Made by a program: the position numbers and the translations under genes. DNA of 63,909 nucleotides, filler included, from Craspedostauros australis (Eukaryota), in the NCBI GenBank assembly GCA_030167865.1. It is 15 parts of 15 records of this genome, joined end to end, with 100 filler letters (N's around TTAATTAATTAA, not from the genome) between each part and the next. Parts side by side here need not be neighbours in the genome. Positions count along the whole stretch, not along the records: positions 34,150 to 36,012 come from JALAGF010004347.1; positions 36,113 to 39,887 come from JALAGF010004348.1; positions 39,988 to 53,495 come from JALAGF010004349.1; 12 more parts are not named here. One strand, written 5' to 3'. Below, in pieces: positions 34,795 through 46,287 of the stretch. Each line of letters begins with the position of its first letter. The first letter of the stretch is position 1. Below the pieces are notes generated by a model, which was not told the DNA's origin, did no database searches, and saw nothing but the letters and a program-made list of their open reading frames with translations.

Positions 34795-36012
34795 ATGTCG
34801 GTCATCCAGAAATACAAACTGGGGATGCTGTGTCTGGTGATTGCATCCTTCGCCTTCAACTATGGGGCTCTGTCTGGCATGTCGATGAACGCATATCGAG
34901 ATACCGACATTGACGTGCCACCGCATCGAATGTCAACAGATGCCGCTGCTGGTAGTCCATCTCAAGCAACTACCGTCATGGAGAAGGGTGCTTCAATATA
35001 AGCAACGTCGACGCCAAAGTCGAGGCAGGAGAGTGCTGTTCATGATAAACGCACATCCCAAGCGAAGGATCAAGAATCGGGCACCCAACGTGACACTCGA
35101 CAATCCATAACACCGTCCACGAACAATACAGACGACAACACCGCAGATGTGGTCAGAACGAAATGGTGGGAACCGTTTGTCAATTCCACGGCGCGTGTAT
35201 TTCATGCGCATCCAGCATCCATGTCAAGTGAGAAAGGCATCCACGGCGTCCCTTTCAACCACATCCAGGCACCAGCACGGCACCATGCATGGTGCTCAAC
35301 CCTGGGAACGGATGATCATTACAAGAAAGCGACCACAACGGCAGCCCAGCCAGACTATTCAGCCCAGCCAGGCTATTCATTCATATACAATCAACCCAAG
35401 CTTCCCATGATTGGGATCCTCTATGTAAAGTCGCACAAGGCTTCATCCAGCACATGCGAAGGCGTGAATGAGCACATTGCACATCAAGTTGCAAAACGGC
35501 AGTTCGCACATATGATGGCATCCACGGCAAATCACACATTGGCACCGCACCCTTCCAATCCAACTCATGCTGCCGGTGAATCAGCAGACTCTTATCCGTT
35601 CAGTCGCAACTTGGTGTGCCCGCATCAGAATCGTCATGAGTTTGCAAATGACAAATGGCACGGAGCCGACCGAAAGCCCGCACCTGAATCCTTGCTGTGG
35701 ACAATGGTGCGACAGCCCAACAACCGTGATTTGTCACAGGTATATCATCTGCGCGTCTCACGCATGAAGTAGAAACCGACGGATGACAATGTCATCTCGA
35801 TTCTGAGGCAACATCGTCTGCGTGGGAGGCAGACACGATGTCTCTTGCCAAAGCGGGCCTTGGAACGGAAGGTCGCACCATCCGTCGTCCGCAACCATCC
35901 AGAACGCGTTGCCAACATCATTCAAACGGAGATTCTGCGTCACTATGACTTCATCGGCGTCACGGAACGGATGGTGGAGTCGCTCGCCGTCATGACGTTG
36001 CTTTGGGACCTC
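34795..36012 (+). pseudogene. Golgi-type sulfotransferase (galactose-3-O-sulfotransferase/Sulfotransfer_2-like) with two in-frame stops; 3'-truncated
   Basis: One frame: TM 'LGMLCLVIASFAFNYG', TAA 34999-35001, 5'-PSB 'LYVKSHKASSST', 3'-PB 'WTMVRQPNNRDLSQVYH', TAG 35770-35772, then 'YDFIGVTERMVESL'. Confidence 0.72.
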
Positions 36013-36112
36013 NNNNNNNNNNNNNNNNNNNNNNNNNNNNNNNNNNNNNNNNNNNNTTAATTAATTAANNNNNNNNNNNNNNNNNNNNNNNNNNNNNNNN
36101 NNNNNNNNNNNN

Positions 36113-38095
36113 GTCAAGGCAGCCGTCATCTATGCGCTCTTCCTCGCGAATGCGGCGACGACCGACGCTGTCCTGCGTGGAAGCAGAGATATGGGTGCAA
36201 CCGAGGAACTTCACCTCATGTTGCAGGCCACGCGCACGCTGAAGAATGAAGGTGGCGCCGAGGGCAAAAACCAAAAGGAAGCCAACAAGATGGGGAAGGA
36301 TGGCACAGCTTCACCGACCGCCAATCCGACCAGGTCACCAACCTCCAACCCGACGTCGGCTCCAACATCTTCACCGACCGCCAACCCAACATCTTCACCG
36401 ACCTCCAATCCGACGTCGGCTCCAACATCTTCGCCGATCAGCCCGTCCACGCCAGAGTCAACACCATCACTACCAGCATCCCCGAACATGTCACCAACTT
36501 CGCAGCCAACCTTAACCCTGACGTCGCTCACTGCACTGCCTACTTCTCAACCAACCTCAGGACCGACTGCTGTACCCACTTCCGCACCGACCAGCGCACC
36601 GACGTCCTCTCCCACCTCTCATCCGACTTCCGCACCGACCAGTCCACCCACGTCCTCGCCCACCTCTCAGCCGACTTCCCCACCAACCACTCCACCCACG
36701 TCCTCGCCAACCTTCCAACCGACTGCGCTGCCCACTTTCGCGCCGACCGCCTGGCCCACAACTCCAACCGCTGGGCCGACAACAAGTCCAACTGCAAAAC
36801 CCACTTCTGGACCGACCTCTGGGCCGACTTCTGGGCCGACCGCGGGACCCACGTCTCTGCCAACTATTGCTCCAACCGCAGCACCAACCACGTATCCGTC
36901 ATCCATGCCCACATCCAAACCAACTGCCCAACCAACCTCAGCTCCAACCGCCTTTGACGCGACCGCGCTCGTGATCTGCATCCCATACGACACGCCATCA
37001 ATCGCGCTGACGCCGCAGCAGGCCGCACTCAAGACTGTCATCTGCAATTCGGCGAAGGCATCCTGCCGCGAGGCAATCATCGCCGTTCGCAACACCCGCG
37101 CGTTGCAAACGTACTTCGGTTGCGCCGGTGATCTGGGCGAGGCCGCAGCACGCAAGCTGTTCAATCGATACGCATCGGATCCCGTGCTATCTCGTCAGCT
37201 GGCGATGTTGGAGGTCAGCGGCACGACTTTGATCATGGCCAGGGGGGCGACGGATATTTTCAACGTCTGCATGAGCCGCGGCTTTTCGTGCTGCGAGACG
37301 GATGGTAGCTGCTTCACCACCCAGACGAACGGCTTCATGACCGTGGCAGCCAGCGCCTGCGTCGGCGTCGGGGTGTGTGCTTCCATGGGACCAGATGCGC
37401 TGGTCTTGGGCTCTTCCTGCAACGGAGAGAACGCGTGCGTCGGAGTCAACGGGAACGACGCATCGGGCGTTGTCGTTTCCGGCGTCACGTTGGTGGGACA
37501 GACGGCCTGCATCGGCACGGACGCTTGCACCAATGCCGCTCGGTTCGCGTATGGAGACGCGGCGATTCTGAATGGCTCCTGCATTGGCCCGGATGCCTGT
37601 CGCGACGCCGGCAGACGCATCGAGCAAACTCTGCCCATGCGCATCCAGAACGACGTCTTCGTCGGTCCCAATGCATGCACTGGCAACAGCGCCTGCAAGG
37701 CGACCCACTCCACCATCGAGACCGCTGGTGGCGGAAAGAACCGCGGCAGCCTCGTCATCGGTGACAGCGCATGCCCGCGTCGAGGTTCATGTGAAGGATT
37801 AGGACACAACGATCGCATGACCACCGACATCATCGTGCCGGACGACGGCTGCGGTGACGTTGACAGCTGCAAGGATTGCATGACCGTCGAGAACTGCGAC
37901 GCCTTCAATCAGCAAGTCTACGTCATCAGTGATGCCGATGCCGCATGTCCCAAGGACGCCGGCGGCATTGCAACAGGACTAAAAAACGAGACCTATTGCA
38001 TCGACCGCGCGGAGCGGCCGACCGAATGTCCGACCTTTGCTCCGACTCCCCTTTCGAGCAGCACTCCGAGCAGCGTTCCGAGCAGTGTTCTGTAG
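36113..38095 (+). CDS. Mucin-like PTS-repeat/Cys-repeat secreted protein (5'-truncated duplicate of 40968-42959)
   Basis: Reverse complement of 40968-42950; identical translation. Confidence 0.8.
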   Translation, partial: VKAAVIYALFLANAATTDAVLRGSRDMGATEELHLMLQATRTLKNEGGAEGKNQKEANKMGKDGTASPTANPTRSPTSNPTSAPTSSPTANPTSSPTSNPTSAPTSSPISPSTPESTPSLPASPNMSPTSQPTLTLTSLTALPTSQPTSGPTAVPTSAPTSAPTSSPTSHPTSAPTSPPTSSPTSQPTSPPTTPPTSSPTFQPTALPTFAPTAWPTTPTAGPTTSPTAKPTSGPTSGPTSGPTAGPTSLPTIAPTAAPTTYPSSMPTSKPTAQPTSAPTAFDATALVICIPYDTPSIALTPQQAALKTVICNSAKASCREAIIAVRNTRALQTYFGCAGDLGEAAARKLFNRYASDPVLSRQLAMLEVSGTTLIMARGATDIFNVCMSRGFSCCETDGSCFTTQTNGFMTVAASACVGVGVCASMGPDALVLGSSCNGENACVGVNGNDASGVVVSGVTLVGQTACIGTDACTNAARFAYGDAAILNGSCIGPDACRDAGRRIEQTLPMRIQNDVFVGPNACTGNSACKATHSTIETAGGGKNRGSLVIGDSACPRRGSCEGLGHNDRMTTDIIVPDDGCGDVDSCKDCMTVENCDAFNQQVYVISDADAACPKDAGGIATGLKNETYCIDRAERPTECPTFAPTPLSSSTPSSVPSSVL

Positions 38096-39075
38096 GAGCT
38101 GCCGCTGGGACGATCCACAAGACTTAGCTGGCGCAGTTGCGATTCGATCGCGTGAAGAATGAACAAAGCGCGATCAGTGCCGTCCTCGGCACTGTGAACG
38201 ATAGCGCCAGCAAGTCGTCACGCAAGATGCGCAGCGAACGCTCGTCAAGCTTGCGTGCTCGTACACTAGAGAGTAGGTCGGATGGCATGTATTTTGTACC
38301 AATAGAGTACGCTCTGGAATTACACCTTCTTACAGATCTGAACGATGTCTTCATCGCACAGAACGTGATCTCTACCACAGCGCTGAGGCTGATGCTTGGC
38401 CGACTTGCCCCACACCCACGCATGCGAGAACTGCTCCATGATTGCCCGGTGCAGACGGTTGCAAAATTCCTCCACCGTCGGTCGTTCGGAATGCAAAATG
38501 ACCGGCTCATCGTAGTCGGGGATCTGGCCCTGCGGTTTGGTGTAGATTCGGATCATGTTGCATCGTGACCAGATCTCTTCCATCAGCTCTTCCAGGTTCC
38601 ATTCGTGTTGCGATGATATCGGGACGTAGTTCTGTGGCGTGGCGTGGAATGGGTGGTGGTTGATGACGTATGGATGAATGAGTGAGAATGAATGGATTGT
38701 GAGACATGTGCGTACTCTGCGAGCAAGTTTGCCACACAGCACATCATACATCCATCAGCAGCGTCTTCCGAACAAGAAGAGTGCGCACAACATATGCGCA
38801 CACGCACGCACAGACACACAACGTACCGGCATCTGATCCAGAATATCCAGCTCTTCGATAGTGATGGCATCGATCTTGTTGAAGACGTAAAGGACGGGAA
38901 TGTAAGCCCGGTTGCCTTCGATGACATCAATGAACTGATCCACGGTGATGTCCTCCCGCAATATGATCTCCGCACACGACATCTTGTACTCCTTGCAGAT
39001 GAGCCTGGCCACATCCCCGTTCATGCCCTTCGTCTGCATCACGGCCTCCTGATAGCCGATGCCGCCCTTCTCCTT
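36113..39075. repeat. 2.96-kb reverse-complement overlap with 39988-42950 (redundant contig ends)
   Basis: All ORFs mirror with coordinate sum 79063 and identical translations; each copy ends at a spacer. Confidence 0.93.
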
Positions 39076-39639
39076 CTTGACGAGCTTGACTTCGGGCGGC
39101 TCCTGATTGACGCGAATGCCAAAGTTGAAGAGCTCCTGCTCGATGATCTTCTTGTGCGTCACGGGCTTGCCGCTGTCCAGGACGATGAGGATGAGGTTGC
39201 ACGTGCGCGCCGTCGAGATGACCTGGCGTCCGCGGCCGCGTCCATCGGCGGCACCTTCGATGATCCCGGGCAGATCCAGCACCTGGATGCGCGCGCCCTT
39301 GTACTTCATGGTGCCGGGAATGCACGTGAGCGTCGTGAATTCGTAGGCCGCGGCCTCGGATCTGGTGCCCGTCAAGGCCGTGAGCAAGGTCGACTTGCCG
39401 ACGGAGGGAAAGCCGACCAACCCGATGCGCGTGTCGCCGCTCTTCGTGACGTCGAAGCCGCGCTCGGCATTCTTCGTGCCGGCCGATTTGCCGCCGGGGC
39501 CGTTGACGAGCTCGGACTTGAGCTTGGCAATCTTGGCCTTCAGCGTGCCCAGGTGGTAGTTCGTGGCCTTGTTCTTTTGCGTGCGGGCCATCTCGGCCTC
39601 CAGCTCCGCGATCTTCGCTTGGATGGGGTTGTCGGACAT
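38320..39639 (-). CDS. DRG1: Developmentally regulated GTP-binding protein 1 (DRG1/Rbg1); exons 39639-38827 and 38631-38320 (374 aa)
   Basis: 'TQKNKAT', G1 'GFPSVGKS', G2 'YEFTT', G3 'DLPGIIEG', G4 'NKID', TGS domain 'RIYTKPQG...DEDIVQI'. '[12 protein letters not shown]' and 'IEELDIL' favour DRG1 over DRG2. 195-nt GT-AG intron. Confidence 0.92.
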
Positions 39640-39987
39640 GGTTGTTTATTGCTTATAGCTGGCTATGGAGTAGCTTGTGGATTGGGTTCGAGCAGATTGC
39701 CTGGTTGGTGGTGGAGTACGATCTACCAATATAATACGATGAAACAGAGTCGATTTGAGTTGAGTTGAATTGATGCCAACAGGATTGGATGCGGAACGGG
39801 CCACAAGCGACGGCGCACAATTCGACCTTTCGCCATGGTCGACCTCTCTGTCACCTTTCGGCATGTGTTTGTGTTGTCTTGATTGTTNNNNNNNNNNNNN
39901 NNNNNNNNNNNNNNNNNNNNNNNNNNNNNNNTTAATTAATTAANNNNNNNNNNNNNNNNNNNNNNNNNNNNNNNNNNNNNNNNNNNN

Positions 39988-40743
39988 AAGGAGAAGGGCG
40001 GCATCGGCTATCAGGAGGCCGTGATGCAGACGAAGGGCATGAACGGGGATGTGGCCAGGCTCATCTGCAAGGAGTACAAGATGTCGTGTGCGGAGATCAT
40101 ATTGCGGGAGGACATCACCGTGGATCAGTTCATTGATGTCATCGAAGGCAACCGGGCTTACATTCCCGTCCTTTACGTCTTCAACAAGATCGATGCCATC
40201 ACTATCGAAGAGCTGGATATTCTGGATCAGATGCCGGTACGTTGTGTGTCTGTGCGTGCGTGTGCGCATATGTTGTGCGCACTCTTCTTGTTCGGAAGAC
40301 GCTGCTGATGGATGTATGATGTGCTGTGTGGCAAACTTGCTCGCAGAGTACGCACATGTCTCACAATCCATTCATTCTCACTCATTCATCCATACGTCAT
40401 CAACCACCACCCATTCCACGCCACGCCACAGAACTACGTCCCGATATCATCGCAACACGAATGGAACCTGGAAGAGCTGATGGAAGAGATCTGGTCACGA
40501 TGCAACATGATCCGAATCTACACCAAACCGCAGGGCCAGATCCCCGACTACGATGAGCCGGTCATTTTGCATTCCGAACGACCGACGGTGGAGGAATTTT
40601 GCAACCGTCTGCACCGGGCAATCATGGAGCAGTTCTCGCATGCGTGGGTGTGGGGCAAGTCGGCCAAGCATCAGCCTCAGCGCTGTGGTAGAGATCACGT
40701 TCTGTGCGATGAAGACATCGTTCAGATCTGTAAGAAGGTGTAA
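39988..40743 (+). CDS. DRG1: DRG1 3' part (redundant copy; intron 40237-40431)
   Basis: Mirror of 38320-39075. Confidence 0.85.
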
Positions 40744-40967
40744 TTCCAGAGCGTACTCTATTGGTACAAAATACATGCCATCCGACCTACTCTCTAGTGT
40801 ACGAGCACGCAAGCTTGACGAGCGTTCGCTGCGCATCTTGCGTGACGACTTGCTGGCGCTATCGTTCACAGTGCCGAGGACGGCACTGATCGCGCTTTGT
40901 TCATTCTTCACGCGATCGAATCGCAACTGCGCCAGCTAAGTCTTGTGGATCGTCCCAGCGGCAGCTC

Positions 40968-42959
40968 CTACAGAACACTGCTCGGAACGCTGCTCGGAGT
41001 GCTGCTCGAAAGGGGAGTCGGAGCAAAGGTCGGACATTCGGTCGGCCGCTCCGCGCGGTCGATGCAATAGGTCTCGTTTTTTAGTCCTGTTGCAATGCCG
41101 CCGGCGTCCTTGGGACATGCGGCATCGGCATCACTGATGACGTAGACTTGCTGATTGAAGGCGTCGCAGTTCTCGACGGTCATGCAATCCTTGCAGCTGT
41201 CAACGTCACCGCAGCCGTCGTCCGGCACGATGATGTCGGTGGTCATGCGATCGTTGTGTCCTAATCCTTCACATGAACCTCGACGCGGGCATGCGCTGTC
41301 ACCGATGACGAGGCTGCCGCGGTTCTTTCCGCCACCAGCGGTCTCGATGGTGGAGTGGGTCGCCTTGCAGGCGCTGTTGCCAGTGCATGCATTGGGACCG
41401 ACGAAGACGTCGTTCTGGATGCGCATGGGCAGAGTTTGCTCGATGCGTCTGCCGGCGTCGCGACAGGCATCCGGGCCAATGCAGGAGCCATTCAGAATCG
41501 CCGCGTCTCCATACGCGAACCGAGCGGCATTGGTGCAAGCGTCCGTGCCGATGCAGGCCGTCTGTCCCACCAACGTGACGCCGGAAACGACAACGCCCGA
41601 TGCGTCGTTCCCGTTGACTCCGACGCACGCGTTCTCTCCGTTGCAGGAAGAGCCCAAGACCAGCGCATCTGGTCCCATGGAAGCACACACCCCGACGCCG
41701 ACGCAGGCGCTGGCTGCCACGGTCATGAAGCCGTTCGTCTGGGTGGTGAAGCAGCTACCATCCGTCTCGCAGCACGAAAAGCCGCGGCTCATGCAGACGT
41801 TGAAAATATCCGTCGCCCCCCTGGCCATGATCAAAGTCGTGCCGCTGACCTCCAACATCGCCAGCTGACGAGATAGCACGGGATCCGATGCGTATCGATT
41901 GAACAGCTTGCGTGCTGCGGCCTCGCCCAGATCACCGGCGCAACCGAAGTACGTTTGCAACGCGCGGGTGTTGCGAACGGCGATGATTGCCTCGCGGCAG
42001 GATGCCTTCGCCGAATTGCAGATGACAGTCTTGAGTGCGGCCTGCTGCGGCGTCAGCGCGATTGATGGCGTGTCGTATGGGATGCAGATCACGAGCGCGG
42101 TCGCGTCAAAGGCGGTTGGAGCTGAGGTTGGTTGGGCAGTTGGTTTGGATGTGGGCATGGATGACGGATACGTGGTTGGTGCTGCGGTTGGAGCAATAGT
42201 TGGCAGAGACGTGGGTCCCGCGGTCGGCCCAGAAGTCGGCCCAGAGGTCGGTCCAGAAGTGGGTTTTGCAGTTGGACTTGTTGTCGGCCCAGCGGTTGGA
42301 GTTGTGGGCCAGGCGGTCGGCGCGAAAGTGGGCAGCGCAGTCGGTTGGAAGGTTGGCGAGGACGTGGGTGGAGTGGTTGGTGGGGAAGTCGGCTGAGAGG
42401 TGGGCGAGGACGTGGGTGGACTGGTCGGTGCGGAAGTCGGATGAGAGGTGGGAGAGGACGTCGGTGCGCTGGTCGGTGCGGAAGTGGGTACAGCAGTCGG
42501 TCCTGAGGTTGGTTGAGAAGTAGGCAGTGCAGTGAGCGACGTCAGGGTTAAGGTTGGCTGCGAAGTTGGTGACATGTTCGGGGATGCTGGTAGTGATGGT
42601 GTTGACTCTGGCGTGGACGGGCTGATCGGCGAAGATGTTGGAGCCGACGTCGGATTGGAGGTCGGTGAAGATGTTGGGTTGGCGGTCGGTGAAGATGTTG
42701 GAGCCGACGTCGGGTTGGAGGTTGGTGACCTGGTCGGATTGGCGGTCGGTGAAGCTGTGCCATCCTTCCCCATCTTGTTGGCTTCCTTTTGGTTTTTGCC
42801 CTCGGCGCCACCTTCATTCTTCAGCGTGCGCGTGGCCTGCAACATGAGGTGAAGTTCCTCGGTTGCACCCATATCTCTGCTTCCACGCAGGACAGCGTCG
42901 GTCGTCGCCGCATTCGCGAGGAAGAGCGCATAGATGACGGCTGCCTTGACTTTGAACAT
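40968..42959 (-). CDS. Secreted mucin-like glycoprotein: signal peptide, LRG/RXL pro-region, ~210-aa PTxx repeats, C-terminal CxGxxAC-repeat domain
   Basis: MFKVKAAVIYALFLANAATTDA-VLRG...RTL; PTS[A/S/G] repeats; SCNGENAC, ACIGTDAC, SCIGPDAC, ACTGNSAC, ACPRRGSC, GCGDVDSC. Confidence 0.8.
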   Translation of the reverse strand: MFKVKAAVIYALFLANAATTDAVLRGSRDMGATEELHLMLQATRTLKNEGGAEGKNQKEANKMGKDGTASPTANPTRSPTSNPTSAPTSSPTANPTSSPTSNPTSAPTSSPISPSTPESTPSLPASPNMSPTSQPTLTLTSLTALPTSQPTSGPTAVPTSAPTSAPTSSPTSHPTSAPTSPPTSSPTSQPTSPPTTPPTSSPTFQPTALPTFAPTAWPTTPTAGPTTSPTAKPTSGPTSGPTSGPTAGPTSLPTIAPTAAPTTYPSSMPTSKPTAQPTSAPTAFDATALVICIPYDTPSIALTPQQAALKTVICNSAKASCREAIIAVRNTRALQTYFGCAGDLGEAAARKLFNRYASDPVLSRQLAMLEVSGTTLIMARGATDIFNVCMSRGFSCCETDGSCFTTQTNGFMTVAASACVGVGVCASMGPDALVLGSSCNGENACVGVNGNDASGVVVSGVTLVGQTACIGTDACTNAARFAYGDAAILNGSCIGPDACRDAGRRIEQTLPMRIQNDVFVGPNACTGNSACKATHSTIETAGGGKNRGSLVIGDSACPRRGSCEGLGHNDRMTTDIIVPDDGCGDVDSCKDCMTVENCDAFNQQVYVISDADAACPKDAGGIATGLKNETYCIDRAERPTECPTFAPTPLSSSTPSSVPSSVL

Positions 42960-43326
42960 GATTGTTGCGATTGACTGGTATTGGATCGGTGTTGAGTTGC
43001 TTGACTTGTTTGGCTTGCAAAGGACTGCGATGATCTTAGAGAAATACTCGCACGTGGCGAGAGTGCTGGATTTTATTATACTTCTCGGAATGACGTTGGA
43101 AGAGGAGGGATGCAAATTATGAGCACTGGGTGTTGGCCTCATCTCATACGCGACTGGGCCGTCTCCTCTTCACGGTTTGAGACATGATGCAGCTGTTCAT
43201 GTGATTGATTGATCTCGACCACCGTGCACAAGGACGACAAAGCAGTGATGGTAACAAGAGGGAAGAATAGCGTTGATCCCTCTACGTATGGTACTCGAGT
43301 CCACTTGCGGCGCAACGATCACAGCG

Positions 43327-43378
43327 AATGAATGGATGAATGGATGAATGGATGAATGGATGAATGGATGAATGGATG
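43327..43378. repeat. (GAATGGAT)n microsatellite
   Basis: About six direct 8-nt units. Confidence 0.85.
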
Positions 43379-44814
43379 AGGTCTCCTTTGGGGTGACCAG
43401 TTTCGAATCAATTCCGCATCTGTGGAGATTGGCGCCAATATTGGTGCAACTCGCTTCGTCAATCATGCCAATAAACGATGGGTGGTTCTGTGCAATGTGG
43501 TTGTGCTCGACATGGCTTGTGTACGCGTACAACATGCTTGCGATGAATGTGAGGCGGAATCGGGTGAGGCAAATGATGGATCCACCTGGTGCGGATGAAA
43601 TACTACTAATCAACGGCAGCGATGGCCATCGCGGAATAACAGCCACCATCGCGTTTCCTTCATCTTCACCACCAACCCCAATTGTTCTCCTTTTGGATTT
43701 GTCCTCCGGCTTCGCCTTTTTTGTTCGCCGAACACAGTTGGTCGTTCGTGCGATTGGATCGTTTTGGCGACGATCTCCGCGTACAACATTGGTTGTGCTT
43801 TTCCGTCGACGTCTGGCGTCACTGTTATCCATCATCTCGCTCTGATCTCCAGCTTTCAGAAGAGGCGCAGCCAGCCCAAGAGAAGGGAAGGGCCGCTGAT
43901 CGGCTCGATGAGTTGCTCTGTCGCTGTCGTTCCAGGTTTCAGACTCGACCGAGGATCGCGAGGATCGCGAGGATCGCAAGGATCAACAACGAAGCTCATC
44001 TGAAAGGAAACCATTATTCCTCTCTTCTGCGACAGCATATTGTGTTGCTGATCTTGAAGTTGTTGGTAGAAGTCTCGTTCAATCCAGTTCACTGTCCTGC
44101 TACCTCACTACAATTCTGCGCACTATGCTACCCACTATGCTACCCACACATCTTGCTTCCAACCATACCTTGATGAAATAGACTGTCCCTCTACATGGTA
44201 CAGTTGACAAATGCGCCGATTTTTCTGAATAGCATATATTAAGTATGTACGCCCCCCGACTATTGGATCCCTTTTACGACTAAAACTGATGGTGTTTGAG
44301 TCGATGTGTTCGACGACTCGTGGTTCGCATTGTCGTCATCTCCTCATGACTGGTTTCGCTCCAATAGGTTGAATTTTCTTATACACGAGCCGCGGATACC
44401 TTATTTAGGTCCAATGGATGCAATTGATGCAACCATTGACTCCAGAGCAGACTCCTTACCCTCATTGCTCGAGCGCAAGATTTGTCTACCCTCCGTAGAT
44501 AGTCGTAGACTTTGGTCGTGGCTCGTCTGTCCGTCCACATCGTTGATGTGATTGAATCGTGGAGATTCTCCACCACGTGTGAGATGCACGATTTCAGGTG
44601 TCCACTTGGTCGAGCGTTGAGTCGTGATTTTCTTCCCGAGCGCAAACAACCCACTCGAGTCGTGGAGAAGAAACAGACACAAACGTTCCCCATTTTTGTG
44701 CCTCCTCTATTCACCTCACATTTTTGAACACAACCAACCCACGCCTCACCGAACCACAACAGGCCAACACAAGAGACCGCAAGAACAAGCACAAGAACAG
44801 AAACAGCAAGAAGA

Positions 44815-45516
44815 ATGACCAATACCAACACCAGTAACACATCCAACATGACCATTGCCATGAACAACGGCAACAACAAGAAGAGCGAGAACATCAACAC
44901 TGATACCGATTATGTTTCCATCCATGCCGTGAACGCCGTGAATGCCGTGAATGCCGTGAATGCCGTGAATGCCATCAACGCAACGAAGGTCCCCAAGGCG
45001 CAATTCGAGCGCTTGGAGTACGATGTCACCGACAAGTGCTGCCAGTCGTTCCTTGCGCTCACCTGCCCGCTCCATTTCGCACCATTGATCCCTGGAATGA
45101 TGGGCAAGAAGACCATGATCCTGGAGGAGGAGGAGGCGGTTCTCAACATCAACTGCAAGCCATGGTGCACGATCAACACCCGACGCCCGTACGGCGAGCT
45201 CGGAAGCGTCGATCAGCACAACTGCCTCTGCTGCACGGGGGTGTCCTCCGGACTTTCCGCCACCATGCCCATCTACGTCGGCTGGGGCTGCGAACATGAC
45301 CGTGTGGCGGAGATCGTCGCGGAGCTCAAGAAGCGCATGAAGGCCCGAGGTGACACAGGCCAGCTCGCGAAGACCGAGGAGGCTCTTGAAGAGATCCGTT
45401 CTCTCCGCGACGAGCTGTCCTCATTGAAGGTCGACATGCAGCTGGTGCTGCGAGCCCTCAACGTTCCTCAACCCAACGTTCCTCAACCCAACTCTATGGA
45501 GGATCGTTTCGTATGA
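44815..45516 (+). CDS. Hypothetical 233-aa protein with Cys clusters and C-terminal coiled coil
   Basis: Strong GC3 codon bias in the core; 'RRPYGELGSVD..NCLCC', 'VAEIVAELKKRMKARGD'; (AVN)5 repeat from a 9-nt tandem repeat at 44926-44979. Confidence 0.75.
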   Translation: MTNTNTSNTSNMTIAMNNGNNKKSENINTDTDYVSIHAVNAVNAVNAVNAVNAINATKVPKAQFERLEYDVTDKCCQSFLALTCPLHFAPLIPGMMGKKTMILEEEEAVLNINCKPWCTINTRRPYGELGSVDQHNCLCCTGVSSGLSATMPIYVGWGCEHDRVAEIVAELKKRMKARGDTGQLAKTEEALEEIRSLRDELSSLKVDMQLVLRALNVPQPNVPQPNSMEDRFV

Positions 45517-46287
45517 AGCAGGTGACCGCTTCTGCTGCCTCGAACATGATTCCTCCTGTGGCAGTCGCAACGCTCATGCCACTTGCATCGATTGCATTTG
45601 GATCATTGCTGCTTTGATCAATAACATGCGCTATCTCCCCACAACTAGAATACCAGCGCATAACTTACTCTGCCGCGAGCATCCTCTCTAGTCCATGAAT
45701 ACGAGTATCCGCACCGCGCAAGTGCTGTCTGTGTGAATCGTCATTCGATGGCAACAAGTTTGGTGTTGTGGATGTAGTCTGCTGTGCTTGCCTCGAGTTT
45801 AACTCAAGTAAGCGTCATTTCTCCTCACAAAATGCAGTCAACGAAGAAGCAAGCACGACGCACTACTGTTGGCGAAGATCGAATGAGTTATTGGTGTGGA
45901 AATATAGAATATTCTACATGTCATGGAGTACCGCAGTACGGGTGGGCTTAGCTCAGAAGACTCAGCGCAGTCTGAGACAGTTTGCCAAGTTCAGATCCCT
46001 GGTTGCGAACTGCTGGGTTGCACTCGGAGTCTGCTGTGTGTAACATGAATCTATTGTGTAATGTAGTAATTGGTATCCGTTGAAGGTGGGCATGCGTTGC
46101 TCATCATTTGTGCGGCGCACCTTTCAAACGGCGGCAGAACAACATGGACGAAGATTCCGACAGGCTCATCGCTGTTCCGCAATAGTGTTCGCTCCTCAGG
46201 CATACAGCACACAAATGATTGCCCCATCTGTCGATACGAAGATCGATTGATCACTCTGCACCTCTTCGTCGCTCCTCGATTCCCGGC

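Noticed and set aside
34999..35772. Stop-codon reassignment (TAR=Gln)
   Set aside because: Conserved genes in the window end properly at TAA (DRG1) and TAG (HIR, DUF179).
38692..39768. 358-aa ORF antisense to DRG1, and similar antisense ORFs over other genes
   Set aside because: Shadow ORFs produced by high GC3 on the real coding strand.
36113..42950. Apparent large inverted duplication of DRG1 plus the mucin gene
   Set aside because: The copies appear identical and each ends at a linker, so these are overlapping contigs in opposite orientation.
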